Shown piece after piece: positions 1-16,059 of a stretch of DNA of 64,000 nt. The position numbers were made by a program, and so were the translations under genes. The stretch lies in assembly GCF_009914755.1 (NCBI RefSeq), contig NC_060947.1; one strand, given 5' to 3'. This DNA comes from the human T2T-CHM13v2.0 reference genome, Homo sapiens. Position 1 is the first letter of the stretch, and each line of letters opens with the position of its first letter. The notes under the pieces were generated by a model. The model worked only from the letters and a program-made list of their open reading frames with translations. It was not told where the DNA came from and did not search any database.

Positions 1-2307
1 CTGGGTGGTAGAGCCAAGACGGTTGACTAGACACAGCCAGGAAGAGCTTCCCCCACTGAAAGATTAGACCATCAAAAAGACAAGCACACTCCAAGCAGAT
101 CTTCTGAAGTAAGGCATTGATGGTGGATAGAAGGAAGATGCAGACCCTGGGGTAAAGGGAGAGGAAACTGGGAACTCTGCATGAGGTTGCCAAACACTAG
201 GACTCATTCCTGGCCTCAAGTGGCTCCTGGGGAAGAGGTGAGTAGGCATGGGGTGGCCTACTTTCACCATAAACTTTATGAATACTAGCTGCAGGAGATC
301 TCATGACCTCCACGGACATTTGAGCTGTCAGGGAGAGCTGCTTGGAGAGCTAGCCAGGATGGGACTCCAGCCTGCATGGAGCCCAGAGGGTTTAGCATAG
401 GAATGGCTGCAGTGGAGCATAGCCAGTGATGTCCATTTACCAAGGCTTACCATCCTCCTCTGGGTGGCTTTGGCCTTTGTTGACTGTCAAGTATGGACAG
501 AACAGGGCTATCTTGCCTGTGAAATGGATCCAGTCAGATTTGAGCAGGCCACTCTTTGCTGGCCTCTCTCAGAGTACCTTCCTGGCCATGCCCACTTGAA
601 GCACAGTCTCAGATGTTCAACTGGGGAGCATCCTGGTGGCTAATACCATAACTCCTTCATTGGCAGATCCCACCTAACCATTGCAGAGCTTCTGCAGATG
701 ATCCCCTATAAGCATGCACCCACCCACAGGCTTCCCCCACTGCCTTGCCAGCATGTACTTGGCCACACCCTCTGCCTACCACTTTGCTGGCATGTATAAG
801 CATGTGAACTTTGCTGCCTAGCCACTGCCAGCACAAGTGCATATACATGGTTCCTGCTTCTGCACCACATGTGCTGGTGCACGCACATGTGGACGCCACT
901 GCCTTACGCCCACCCTGCCAGCACTGTTATGCATATGCCAGCATGGGCCTTGCCACCTCTATAAAATGATTTTGCCTGCATCCCCCATCAGAGTGTTGTT
1001 GCCAGTGGATCAGAAACATCTTGGCTCCTCCAATGCAACAGATGCTTAATTTTGAGGGGCCAGATAACAAAGCCATGGGCCTGGGCCCAGTCCTCTAGTG
1101 TTACAGCATGCAGCCCAGGAGTGCCGAGCTGAGTCTTGGCCCTCTGAAATCATCCAGAAATGAAGCTAGTGGACTGAATCCAACTTATACTAAAGTCAAG
1201 CCCTTAAGGACATCAAAGAATATAAAAGCAAAAAGCCCCATGCAAAAGACAGCAACTTCAAAGATTAAAAGAACATCAGATGAGAAAGAGCTGACATAAG
1301 AATCTGGCATCTCAAAAAACCAGAGTGTCTTCTTACCTCCAAATGACCACACTAGCTCTGGAGTCATGGTTCTTATCCAGGCTGAAATGGCAGAAATGAA
1401 AAGCATAGAATTCAGAATCTGGATGGCAATGAAGATCATCAACATTCAAAAGAAACTTGAAACCCAATCCAAGGAATCCAAGGAACCCAGTAAAATGATA
1501 CAAGAACTGAAAGGTGAAAGAAGCATTTTAAGAAAGAAGCAAACTGATCTGATAGAGATGAAAAGTTTACTACAAGAATTTTGTAATACAATCAGAAGTA
1601 TTAACAACAAAATAAACCAAACTGAAGAATCTCAGAGCTCAAAGACCAGTTCTTCAAATTGACTTAGACAAAAATACAGCAAAAAGAATAAAAAAGAATG
1701 AGCAAAAGAGACCAAACCTATGACTTATTTGTGTCCATGAAAGAAAGGGAAAGAGAACAAGCAACTTGGAAAACATAGCTGAGGATATTATCCATGAAAA
1801 TTTCCCCAACCTCACTAGAGAGGTCAACATTCAAATTCAGGAAATGTAGAGAAACCCTGCAAGATACTATACAAGACAACCATCCCCAAGACACGTAATC
1901 ATCAGATTCTCCAAGATGAACATGAAAGAAAAAATCTTAAAGGCAGCTAGAAAGAAGGGGCAGGTCATCTACAAAGGGAGCCCTGTCAGACTAACAGCAG
2001 AACTTTCAGCAGAAACTCCACAAGCCAGGAGAGCTTGGGGGCCTATATTCATCATTCTTAAAGAAACAAAATTCCAGTCAAGAATTTTATATCCAGCTAA
2101 ACTAAGCTTCATAAGTGTAGGAGAAATAAAATAAAATCCTTTTCAGACAAGCAAATGCAAAGGGAATTCATTACCACCAGACCTGCCTCACAAAAGGTCC
2201 TTTAAGGGAGTGCTAAATATGGAAATGAAAGACTCTTACCAGCCAAAACAGAAACATGCTTTAGTATATAAATCATTGACACTAATAAAACAATGACACA
2301 ATCAAGT

Positions 2308-2933
2308 TGTAAACCAAAAATAAAATTCGGAGCCCCCCGCCCCACTCCCCCACACCCCTGCCTCCTGCAACCATCTGAATGGACTCCCTTATTAGCTAGG
2401 GCACTCTAAAATTTAATCTGAAAGACTGGTTCAGGTCATGATGGAAAGTGGGTATTGGACGTGCCTATTATACCCCTCCAGCATTAACATCAACACAGAC
2501 CTTAAGTCTGATCAGAAATACTTACAATCTATTTTCTCTGAAGCCTGCTGCCTGAAGCTTCATCTGCATGATAAAACCTTGGTCTCCACAACCCCTTATC
2601 TTAACCCAGATATTTCTTTCTACTGATAATAACTCTTAACCAATTACCAATCAGAATATGTTTAAATCTACTTTTGACCTGGAATACTGCTCCCCTCCCA
2701 CCCACACCCCTGCTTCGAGTTGTCTCACCCTTCTAGATTGAACCAATGTAAGTCTTATATATAGAGATTGATGTATTATGTCCCCCTAAAATGTATACAA
2801 GCAAGCTGTGCCCCAATCAACTTGGCACATGTCATCAGGACCTCCTGAGGCTGTGTCATAATTGCATTCTTAACCTTGGCAAAATAAACTTTCTATATTG
2901 ACTGAGACCTGTCTCAGATACTTTGGGTTCACA
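2308..2933 (+). mobile_element. Solo ERV1 LTR, MER4A-like
   Basis: TGTAAACCAAAAATAAAATTC...TTTGGGTTCACA with TG..CA termini, AATAAA near the 3' end, and 4-bp TSD AAGT (2304-2307 / 2934-2937). Confidence 0.85.
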
Positions 2934-4751
2934 AAGTCTACAGAACATTCAGCTAACAGCACAATTAACAGGATGAAATCAGCACATATCAATATTAACC
3001 TTGAAAGTAAATGGGTTAAACACTCCACTTAAAAGGCACAGAGTAGCAAATTGTATGAAGATGCAAGATCAAACTCTATGGTACCTTTAAGAGACCCATT
3101 TCACATGCAATGATACCCACAGGCTCAAAGTAAAGGGATAGGGAAAGATCTATTAAGAAAATGGAAAAGAAAAAAAGCAAGGGTTGCCTTTCTTATTTCA
3201 GACAAAACAGACTTTAAGCCAACAATTATTTAAAAAAAAATAAACAAGGACATTACATAATGAAAGATGGTTTCATTCAACAAGAAGATTTAAGTATCCT
3301 AAATATACATGCACACAACACTGGAGCACTCAGATTCATAAAACAAGTTATTAGAGAGTTATGAAGAAACTAGAATAACCACACAGTAATATAATAGTGG
3401 GAGACTTCAACACCCCACTGACAGTATTATAGAGATCATTGAGGCAGAAAACTAACAAAGATATTTGGGACCTAAATTCAACACTTGATCAAATGTACCT
3501 AACTTATATCTACAGACTCTATCCAACAACATTCTTCTTATCTGCACATGGCACACACTCTAAAATTGACCACACACTTGGCCATAAAGTAATTCTCAAA
3601 AAATTCAAATAAACTGAAATTTCAGCAACCACATGCTCGGATCATGGCACAATACAAATAGAAATCAATGCTAAGAAAATCTCTCAAAACCATATAACAA
3701 CATGAAAATTAAACAATCTGCTCCTGAATGACTTTTGATAAACAATGAAATTAAGGCAGAAATCAAGAAATTCTTTGAAATTAATGAAAACAAAGCTACA
3801 ACATACCAGAAACTCTGGGACACAGCTAAAGCAGTATTAAGAGGGAACTTCTTAGTGCTAAATGCCCACGTCAATAATTTGGAACGATCTCAAATTAACA
3901 ATCTCATATCACACCTACAGGAACTAGAAAAACAAGAGCAAGCCAACCCCAAAGCTAGCGGAAAATAAGAAATAACCGAAATCTGATCTTAACTGAATAA
4001 AATGGGGACAGGAAAAAACCACATAAAAGATCAATAAAAGCAAAAGTTTGTTCTTTGAAAAAAATAAGACTGATAGACCACTAGCTAGACTAATAAAGAA
4101 AAAAGGAGAGAAGATCCAAATAAACACACCCAGAAATGACTCAGTGGACATTACCACTAACCCCAGAGAAATACAAAAAACCCTCAGAGACTATTATGAA
4201 TATTTCTATGCACACAAACTAGAAAGCCGACAAGAAATAGATAAATTCTAGGAAATATATAACCCTCCAAGGTTGAATGAGGAAGTAATTGAAACCCTGA
4301 ACAGGCCAATAATCAGTTCTGAAATTTAGTCAGTAATAAAAAGCCTATCAACCCGAAAAAGCCCTGGGACAGATGGATTCACAGCTGAGTTCTATCAGAC
4401 CTATGAAGAAGAGATGGTACCAATCTTTCTGAAACTACTCCCAAAAATCGAGTAGGAGAGACTCCTCCATAACTCATTCTATGAGCCCAGCATCATTCTG
4501 ATACCAAAATCTGGCAGAGACACAACAAAAAAAGAAAACTTCAGGCCAATATTTCTTATGAACATAGATGCAACTCTCAACAAAATACTAGCAAACCAAA
4601 TCTGGCAGCACATTAAAAAGCTAATCCACCAAAATCAACTAGATTTTATTCCTGGGATCCAAGGTTGGTTCAATATACACAAATCAATAAATGTGATTCA
4701 TCACATAAACAAAAACCACATGCATGATAATCTCGATGGATGCAGAAAGGC

Positions 4752-5055
4752 TTTTTTTTTTTTTTTTTTTTTTGAGATGGAGTCTTGCTCTGTCACCCAG
4801 GCTGGAGTGCAGTGGCGCAATCTCGGCTCACTGCAAGCTCCGCCTCCGGGTTCACGCCATTCTCCTGTCTCAGCCTCCCGAGTAGCTGGGACTACAGGCG
4901 CCTGCCACCACGCCCAGCTAATTTTTTGTATTTTTTTAGTAGAGACGGCGTTTCACCATGTTAGCCAGGATGGTCTCGATCTCCTGATCTCGTGATCCGC
5001 CCACCTCGGCCTCCCAAAGTGCTGGGATTACAGGCGTGAGCCACCGTGCCCAGCC
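4752..5055 (-). mobile_element. AluY-like full-length Alu
   Basis: Poly(T) then Alu dimer with CAAGCTCCGCCTCC..TTCACGCCATTCTC; TSD AGAAAGGCTTTT (4744-4755 / 5056-5067). Confidence 0.95.
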
Positions 5056-7839
5056 AGAAAGGCTTTTAATAAAATTCTGCATCCCTTCATGTTAATTATC
5101 CTCAATAAACTAGGCATCAAATAAACATATCTCAAAACTATGACAAACCCACGACCAACAAGATACTGAATGGGCAAAAACTGGAAGCATTCCTCTTAAG
5201 AACCAGAACAAGACAAGGATATCCATTCTCACCACTTCTAGCCAACATAGTACTAGAAGTCCTAGCCAGAGCAATCAGACAAGAGAAAGAAATAAAAGGC
5301 ATCCAAATAGGTAGAGAGGAAGTCAAACTGTCCCTGTTTACAGATGATATAATTCTCTACCTAGAAAACCCAATAGTCTCTGCCCAGAAGCTCCTAGATC
5401 TGATGAACAATGTCAGAAAAGTTTCAAGATACAAAATCAATGTACAAAAATCTGCAACATTTTTATACTCCAACAACATCCAAGCTGAGAACCAAATCAA
5501 GAACACAACCCCATTCACAATAGCCATAAAAACAACAAAATGCATAGAAATACAGCTAGCCATGGAGATGAAAGATCTCCACAATGAGAATTACAAAACA
5601 CTGAAGAAAGAAATCAGAGATGACACAAATGGAGAAATATTCCATGCTTATGGATTAGAAGATTCAATATTGTTAAATTTGCCATATTGCCCCAAGCAAT
5701 TTGCAGGTTCAGTGCTATTGCTATCAAACTGCCAATGACATTTTGCACTTAATTAGGAAAAAATGATTCTAAAATTCATATGGAACCAAAAAAGAGCCAA
5801 TTAGTCCTAAGCAAAAAGAGCAATGTTACAGGCATCACACCACCCAACCTCAAACTATACTACGAGGCTACAGTAACCAAAACAGCATGTTTCTGGTCCA
5901 AAACAGACACATAGATCAATGGAATAGGTCAGAGAACTAAAAAATACACCTGCATACCTACAACCATCTGATCTTTGACAAAGCTGACAAAAATGAACAA
6001 TGGGGAAAAGACTCCCTATTCAACAAATGGTGCTGGGATAACTGGCCAGCCACATGCAGATGATTGAAACTAAACTCCAACCTTTCACCATATACAAAAA
6101 TCAAGTCAACATGGATTAAAGACTTCCATGTAAAACCGAAAATTATAATAACCCTGGAAAAAAAACCTAGGAAATACCATTCTGAACATAGGCTCTGGCA
6201 AAGATTTCATAATGAAGACTCCAAAAACAATGCTATATAAACAAAAAATTGACAAGTGGGACCTAATTAAAGAGCTTTCACACAGCAAAGGAAACTATCA
6301 ACAGAGTTAACAGACAACCTACAGAATGGTAGAAAATATATGCAATCTATGCATCTGACTATAATGTTCAATATACAGAATCTATATGTAACTTAAAAAA
6401 ATTAGCAAGTAAAAAACAACCCCATTATAAAATAGGCAAAGGACATGAACAGATACTTCTCAAAAGAAGACAAACACACGGCCAAAAAACATATGAAAAA
6501 ATGCTCCACAGCACTAATAATTAGAGAAATGCAAATCGAAATCACAATGAGATACTATCTCATACCAGGCACAATGGTTACTATTTAAAAGTCCAAAAAC
6601 TACTGATGCTGGCCAAGCTTCAGAAAAAAAGGAATGCTTATACACTGTTGGTGGGTATGTAAATTAGCTTAGCCACTGAGGAAAGCAGTTTGGAGATTTC
6701 TCAAATAACTTAGAACTACCATTCAACCCAGCAATTCCATTACTGGCTATATATCCAAAAGAATATAAATTGTTCTACCATAAAGACACATGCATGTGTA
6801 TGTTCATTGCAGCACTATTCACAGTAGCAAAGATATGGAAGCAACGTAGAGCCCATCAAAGGTGGACTGGATAAACAAAATGTGGTACATGTATATGATG
6901 GAATGCTACACAGTCATAAAAAAGTGAAATCATGTCCTTTGTAGCAGCATGGATGCAGCTGGAGGCCATTATCCTAGGTGAATTAATGCAAGAACAGGGA
7001 ATAAAATATCATACATTCTCACTCATAAGTGGGAGCTAAACATTGAGTACACACGGAAACAAAGAAGGAAACAATACATGCTGGGGCCTACTTGAGGGTG
7101 AATGGTGGGAGGAGGTTGAGGATCAAAAAACTACCTATTGGGTACTATGCTAAAAAAAAAGTTGGCTGTGAAATCCTCCACAAATAAAAGTATACCCCAT
7201 GCGTACACACACAAATGAAGACTGGACTTCAATTTTCAGCTCAAACATGGAAGGAGATAGAAAGAGGTAAGACTTATACTCACAATAAAAAAACAGCTGG
7301 ACAGACAGTATATTAATTTTGTTATCTGATTCCAACATGGATCTGGGTTCACAAAAATAACAGCCTTCCTGAAATTTTGAGACAGACACACAATGCCTTG
7401 AGCATCTTATTACCTAGGGAAGAAGGTGTTGAATTTCATATAAGCTGGTATGAAGATTAAAATAGAAATTTTAGTAAAGTGTTGGAGACCAAATATAGCC
7501 TCCAAATATAGCTAGAAAGTGTGAATTCCTGGAGGCCACACTCATAGAGGGGGACACCACTCTTATGCAGGCTTTTAAAGGAACTCCACCAGGCTCTCAA
7601 AGTGAGAATAAAGAAGAACCTAGAAAAATTACCTCCCTCTCCCATAGTGATGACTGGGGCAACGGAACATCAAGCCACTGGGATATCTTCTCAGACGCTT
7701 TTACCTTATAGAAAAAAATTCCTAATTAGCAGGGTGCAGAATATCACTGGGGGCACTAGTGAAATATCACTGCAGCTGGAGAAATGCTCAGATCCCATCC
7801 ACAACCTCACCTACGTCAAAAAATAACAAAAAAGTCTTA

Positions 7840-9007
<1,168 letters not shown>

Positions 9008-9009
9008 CC

Positions 9010-12000
9010 ACAGTCTGATGAGACAAACAAGTAATCAGAACCAAACTCAGCAATGATACATATGTTGGAACTATCATACGGGGAATTTAAAATAACTATG
9101 ATTAATATGTTAAAACCTCTAATAGAAAAGGTAGACCACATGCAAGAGTAGTAGATAGGTGATTTCAGTAAAGAGATTGAAACCATAAATGTGAAACCAA
9201 GAAAAATAGTAGAAATAAGAAATATGATAACAAATATGAAAAATGTCTTTTAGAGGATCATCACTGATTTACAGAGCAAAGGGATAAATTAGTGAACTTG
9301 AAAATAGAACTATGGAAGTTACACAAAGAGTGTAAAAAGCAGAACAGAAAATCTAAGAGATGTGGGGTAATAGCAAATGATGTAACACATAAGTAATTGG
9401 AATCACAGAAATAAAAATAAGACAGAGAAAATATTTGAAAAAACAGTGGGTGTTTTTTTCCAGTATTAGTGATAGACATGAAACCAAAGATCCAAGAAGC
9501 TCAGAGAACACCAGACAGAGTAAAATAAAAATAAAATAAAACCAAATAAATAAAAACCAAATAAAAACACACACTCACACACCACTAGGCATATCAAAAT
9601 ATAACTCCTGAAAAACAAAGACAAAGGGAAAATCTTGAAGGCAACCAGAGAAAATGAACAACTTACCTATAAAGAAACAAGATTAAGAGTTCGAGTAAAT
9701 TCTCGTCACAAAATGTGTTATGGATTGAACTGTGTCCCTCCAAAAGATATCTGATGTTCTTACCTCTAGTACCTATGGATAGATGTGACCTTATTTGCAA
9801 ATAGAGTCTTTGTGGATGCAATCATGTTAATATGAGGTCATACTCAATTAAAGTGGGCTCCAATTCAATTTGACTGTTGCCTTTAAAAGAAGAGAAAATG
9901 TGTAGCACTGAAGGTATACATTGGAAAAGAAAAAATATACCTAAAATCTGTTTATTAAGATCCCACCCTAGTACAGAAAGAAGAGAAAATTTAACTTAAA
10001 CAGAAGGGATAAAATAATAAAAAATAGAGCAGAAATCAATGAAATTGCAAATGGGAAAACAAAGAAAATCAATGAAAGCAAAAGTTGGTTAGTGAAAAGA
10101 TTAATAAAGTTGATAAACCTCTAGCCAAAGAGAATGAGAGAGAGAAAACACTTATTACCAATATCAGGAATAAAAGTAAGGGAATGATTACTGATCACAC
10201 AGCTGTTAAACAGATGATAAGGAAAAACAATGAACAAGTTTGTGCCATTCAATTTTAAAATTTTGGCAAATTAAACCAATTCCTCAGGGAAAAAAAAACA
10301 CTTACTACCAAAACGTACTAAAGAAGAGAAAGAGATAATCTGAACATCCCTGGACCTATTAAATTGAATTTATAGTAAAAGCAAACAAACAAAATTAAAA
10401 ATCTTCCAAAAAAACCTATTTCAGGCCCAGATGGTTTCACTGGTGAGTTTTACCAAAACTTGAAAAAAGAAACAACATCAATTCTCCACATTTTCTCCCA
10501 GAAAACAGAAAAGGAGAGAACACCTCTCAACATATTTTATGAGGCCAGCATTAGCCTAATATTAAAACCATACAAAAACATTATAAGTAAACTGTAGATC
10601 AATATCTCTCATAAATACAGTCATAAAAATCCTTAACAAAATATTAGCAAAAAGAATTCATCAATATATAAAAAAGGATAAAATATCATCATAAGCAGGT
10701 TTGTCCCAGTAATCCAAGTGGATTAAATAGTAAAAAAAATCAATGTAATTCACCATACTAATGACTAAATTTTTAAAAACATATAATCACATCAGTAGAT
10801 GCGGAAGAAAATCTTTTGAGAAAATTTGATACCCATTCATTATAAAAACTCTTTGTAAACTAGAAATGGAAGATAACTTCCTCAATCTGATAAAGGCAAT
10901 CTATGCAAAATCTACAGGTGATATATTAATGGTGAGACACAACATTTTCCTTGTATGATTTATAGTAAGACAAGGATGGCCTCACTAACAACTCCTGTTC
11001 AACTTTGTGCTGGAATTCCTAGCTAATGATATGAGTCATGAAAAAGAAATAAAAGACAGGCAATGTGGAAATAAATAAAATTATATTTGTTCTCTGATAA
11101 ACTAATTTTTTTATGTGAAAATACCAATGTCTACAAAAAGTGCTGCTGAAATTTATAAGTTTAGCAAAGATCCAAAATACCAGATTAACCTACAAAAGTC
11201 AATTGTGATCCTATATACTATCAATAAACAATTGGAATCTGAAATTTAAAATCAACCCTATTTACAATAGCACCAAATAATGAAGGACTTAAATATAAAT
11301 ATAATAAAATATATGCAAAATCTGTATGCAGAAAGTATAAAACAATGATGAGAGAAATAAAAGAAGATATAAATGAATGAGACATACTATGTCGACTAAT
11401 TTGAAGACTCACCATTTTTAAAATGTAAATTCTCCCCAACTTTATCTATAGATGTAATGTAATCTCAATCAAAATTCAAGAAAGCAATTTTATAGACATT
11501 GAAAACTTTATTCTATAATGTATATGGAAAGGAAAAAGGAACATAAGGAACTAGCAAAAAATATCTTTGAAAAAGATTAACAAAGTTGGAGGACTCACAT
11601 TACCTGATCCTAAGACTTTTTATAAGGCTACAGTAATCAAGCCAGTTTTTTACTGGCATAGACACATAGATCAAAGGAACAGAATAGAGAGCCCAGAAAT
11701 AGACCCTAATATATAACATTGACTAATGTTGACAAGTTTTAAACAAATTTAATGAAAAAACAAAGATAATTTTTTCAACAAATTGTACTGGAACAACTGG
11801 ACAATTGAACACTCATACATAACAAAAAATAAAATTAACACCTTATGCAAAAATTAACTCATAATTGATCATAGAACTCATTATAAGTTATAAAACTATA
11901 AAAATTTTAGAAGAAAATATAACAGTAGATATGCTTAACTTAGACATTAGCAATGAAATTTCAGATATGATACTAATATCAAGGTCCATGAAATAAAAAA

Positions 12001-12200
12001 AGAATAGATTGAACTTTGTTGAAAATTTTAAAACCTGATGTGTAAAAGACACTTTAAGAGAATGAAAAGATAAGGCACACATTGGGAAGAAATATTTACA
12101 AGTGATATATCCAATAAATTACTTATATCAAAAATATATAAAGAACATCAAAAACTCAATAATAAGAAATCAAACAACCCAATTAAAAAATAGGGAAAAC
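9010..12200 (+). mobile_element. Ancient L1M (ORF1/ORF2 remnants); appears to continue at ~15190-15990 (L1MC-like 3' end)
   Basis: A-rich decayed L1 motifs (CCAGATGGTTTCACTGG, TTTTATGAGGCCAGCAT, ACAAGGATG.., AAGGCTACAGTAATCAAG). Confidence 0.75.
9714..9900 (+). mobile_element. MLT1-like MaLR LTR fragment
   Basis: TGTTATGGATTGAACTGTGTCCCTCCAAAAG..GTGACCTTATTTGCAAATAGAGTCTTTG..ATGAGGTCATACT. Confidence 0.7.
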
Positions 12201-12204
12201 AGGA

Positions 12205-15190
12205 GATGGACATCAGCAAGATGGCAGAATAGGACTCAACAATGCTTGACCCCTTTCAGAAACATCAATTTGAACAACTATCCATGCATGAAAATACCTT
12301 CATAAGAGCTAAGGAAACAAGGTGAGAGATTATAGCACCTGGATATAGCGCTGAAATAAGAAAAGATGCATTGAAGAGGGTAGGAAAAATAATTTTACAT
12401 TACCCCTTCCCCAACTGCAGACAGCACAGCATGGAGAAACAACCTTCATGTGGGGGAAAGAGAAGGAACTGAGTACACAGTTTTGTCTGAATCCCAAAAC
12501 TGGGCCTGCTACAGTAAAACCCAATGTCAAGCAGGTCCCCACAGACCCAGACTTCAAGCTGGTACTCTCAGACTGAGGCTTCAGGCCCTTTCTGACACAG
12601 GGCTATATCCCATGGCCCCAGGTTCTTAGCCTACCCAGTAGACTCAGTCTCCAGGACAGCCCACCACCAGGCCAACCTCAGCAGCCCCAGGCTCCAGACT
12701 TCCCTCAGCACCAGACCAGCCCCAGTGGCCTCAGGCCCCTGGCTGCCCTACCTCCAGGCTGAACCAAGTGGCCCCAGGTTCTGGATCACCTCCAGTACCC
12801 AGATGACCCTCACAGCCACAGGCTTTAGGCCTGCCCTAGCACTAGGCCAACCCCACAGCACTAGTCATCAGGCAGGTACCATGGACTGAACCTGCAAGCC
12901 CTTCCCATTGCCAGGCAGGAACTTGTAGCCACAGGCTTCAGGCCTTCCTGGCAGAAGTGGTTTCTGGACTGAACTCAGTGCCAGGCCAACTCCAGCTATT
13001 CCATGCTCTAGACTAGTCCCAGCAACAGGTAGGCCCTAGGCTTTGGGCCCAGCCAAGCACCAGGGGTTTCAAGCCCACTCTAGCACAGGCCAGCACCCAT
13101 GGACCCAGAACCTTGGCTGGCTCTTGCAGATACAGGATCCAGGTCCGCACAGCACCAAGCCAGCCCCCGACTTCAGGCCTACCATGGCAACATGTTGGCA
13201 ACTCTGGCCTCAACCACCAGGCAGGTACCTGCAGACACAGGCTTCAGGTCAGCCTAGTACCAGACTGGCTCCTGTAGCCCCACCCTTTAGACCAGCTTAT
13301 GTGGGTTCACATTCCAGCAGATCCAGTGTCCAGGCCAGGACCAGAAGATGCAAGGTCTAGGTCTGTCCCAGTAGATCCTAGCACTGTATGGGTCTCCATG
13401 GACTCAGGCTCTAGGAATGCCCTTATGTATCCAGGTCCTAGGCCAGCCTCCAAGGACCCATGACCTATGCCAGTCTTTACAGAAAACTTCTAAGCCAGCA
13501 CCAACAGACACAGGCTACAGGCCAGTCTCTATGGCCTCAGGCTCCAGGTCAGCCCCCATGGCTCCAGGCAACAGACAGTGCCTACAATCCCAGGCCCCAG
13601 AGTAGCCCTTGTGGACCTAGGTTCCATCTCAGACCCAGCACCAGGCAGGTCTCAGGCTTAAGGCCAGTCTCCATAGCCTCTGGCTCCAGAGCACTCAGGT
13701 TCCAGGTATGCCCCACAAGACTCAGGGGCCAGGCCCACCCTGGCAGACCCTGGTACCAGGCCAGATGCCATGAACTGAGGCTCAATGACCACCCTTACAG
13801 ACCCAGGCTTCAGACCAGACCCTGTGGACTCAAAACCCAGACCTACCTCCTTGAACTCAAGCTCCAGGTCTGCTCCAGTGCTATGCAAGCTCCCAAGGAC
13901 TCAGGCTCCAGGCCTGTCTCAGAGTTCCCAGGTACCAGGGCCACTCCAGTGTCAGCAGATCCCCTGTGGACCCAGACACCAGGTCAGCCTACCTGCTGAT
14001 CCAGGCACCAGGCCAACCTGCCCAAGGACTCCTGCAGCAAGCATACCCTCACTCGACACAAGATGGCCTGCCCATAATCTCTGGATGTGAAGAGCTTTCC
14101 CAGACAAAGCCAGTTCTGCAAAGACTAAAATAAATCCCTATTTCTTCAAATGTGCAGACATCAAGGTAAGGCAATAAGAAATAAGAACAACTAAAGGACA
14201 AAACACCACCAAAAGAACACAGTAAGCACCCAGTAGCTGACCCTAAAGAAATCAGGATATGCAAACTCCCAGATGAATAATTCAAAATAATTGTACTAAG
14301 GAAGCTCATCTAACTTCAAGAAAATACAGATAAATAAAGCATTTAAGTCAGGAAAACAATGAATGAACAAAATGAGAAATTCTAGAGACAGATTGAAATT
14401 ATTTTAAAAATCAATCAGAAATTCTAGAGCTGAAAAATATAATGAATTAAATTAAAACTGATCAAGCAGAAAAAAGAATCTGAACTTGAAGACAAGTTAT
14501 TTGATAACATATAGTCAGAGAAGAAAAAAGAAAAAAGAATAAAAAGGAATCAAGAAAGCCAACAGAATTTATGAAATGGAAGAAAAAGACAGGAGTAGAA
14601 AGCTTAGTTAAAGAAATAATAGCAGAAAATTTTTCAAAATTGGAAAAGGATATAAATATCCAGGTACAAGAATGTCAAAAGTCTCCAATCAGATTCAGTT
14701 CAAACAAGACTACACCATGACATATTATAATCAAGTTGTTAAAAATCAAGGACAAAGAAAGGATCCTGAAAGCACCAAAAGAAGCAAATCACACATAAGT
14801 GAGTTTCAATAAGGCTAGCAGTGGATCTCTTTATGAAGACCTTACAGGCCAAGAGACAGTGAGATGATACATTCAATATATTGAAGGAAAAAAACGGCCA
14901 ATAAAGAATATTGTACCCAAGAAACCTATCCTCCAGAAATGAAGGAGAGCCATGACTTCCCCAGACAAACAAAAGCTAAGGGAATTCATCACCACCAGAC
15001 CTGTCTTACAAGAAATGCTAAAGGGAGTTTTTCAAGCTGAAAGAAAAAAAAATGTTAATTCTTAACACAAAGAATCTGAAGGCATAAAATTCACTGGTAA
15101 TAGTAAGCACACAGTAAAATTCAAAATACACTAATACTAAAAGAGTTGTGTTTAAATCACTTATATCTTTAGTATGAAGATTAAAAGACA
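12205..15190 (+). mobile_element. Old L1M/L1MA 5' portion (repetitive GC-rich 5'UTR + ORF1) nested in the older L1
   Basis: Starts CAGCAAGATGGCAGAATAGG; CCAGG-rich region 12540-14060; ORF1-like GAATTCATCACCACCAGACCTG at ~14985. Confidence 0.7.
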
Positions 15191-16059
15191 AAACTACTAA
15201 AAATAATAGTAGCAAAGATTTGAATAGGCACTGCACTAAAAAAGATACATGAATCGTAAATAAGCAAGTACAAAAAATGTTCAACATCATTTTCCATGAT
15301 GGAAAGGAAATTTAAAACTATTAAATACCACTGCACATGTATTAGGATGGCTAAAACAAAAACCTGACAAATATACATAAACATTGTACTCTAGTTGTTA
15401 ATTTATCACAGGGGTACAGATTAGCATTTCTGAAACTACATTACCACTTATACCCAGGTCTTTCAATGTTTCAAAGAAGTTATAAATAAGCAAAAACAAA
15501 AGGTCGGAATAAAACTCTGTGATATTAGAGTGAGAGGTATCAATATGAACTGAGGGGGTGTACATAGATCAGTACACATACATATATTACTTAGCTCTTT
15601 CCACTGAGAGAACAGAGAAGCAGGAGTGCCATGGTAATAATGTGCACACTCCATGCCCCGATCTTGACTTCTAAATACCATTATCCAATAACATGAACCA
15701 GAACTAATGTTTACAATGGCTGATTCCAGAAGACAAAAGAGAAATGATGAATAATTGCAATGTGGTATCCCAGATTGGATACTTGAATAGTAAAAGAACA
15801 TTAGTAGAAAAAAACTAGTGAAATCTGAATAAAATCTGCCATTTAGTTAATAGTAATGTGCCAACGTTAATGTTTTTAGTTTTGACAAATGTGCCATAGT
15901 TATATAAGATGTTAATGTTAATCAGAAATAGGGTACAAAAAACTCTGTACTTTCAAGTTAAAAAAATCTTAAACCATTCAAAAAATGAAATATTTATCTT
16001 AAAAACTCACTAATTCTATTGAATTAAAGACATTTTCCCTGTGGCTACAATTATTCCTT

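Larger units (their letters stand above)
5..7160 (+). mobile_element. Near full-length old primate L1 (L1PA13-16/L1PB-like), decayed; interrupted by an LTR and an Alu
   Basis: Starts GAGCCAAGACGGTTGACTAG (L1 5' motif). ORF1 fragments (1366-1662; 1916-2134 KEKILKAARKKGQV..ILYPAKLSF), ORF2 endonuclease/RT fragments (3735-5738), 3'UTR GGGGCCTACTTGAGGGTG.. and A-run at 7152-7160. Confidence 0.9.
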
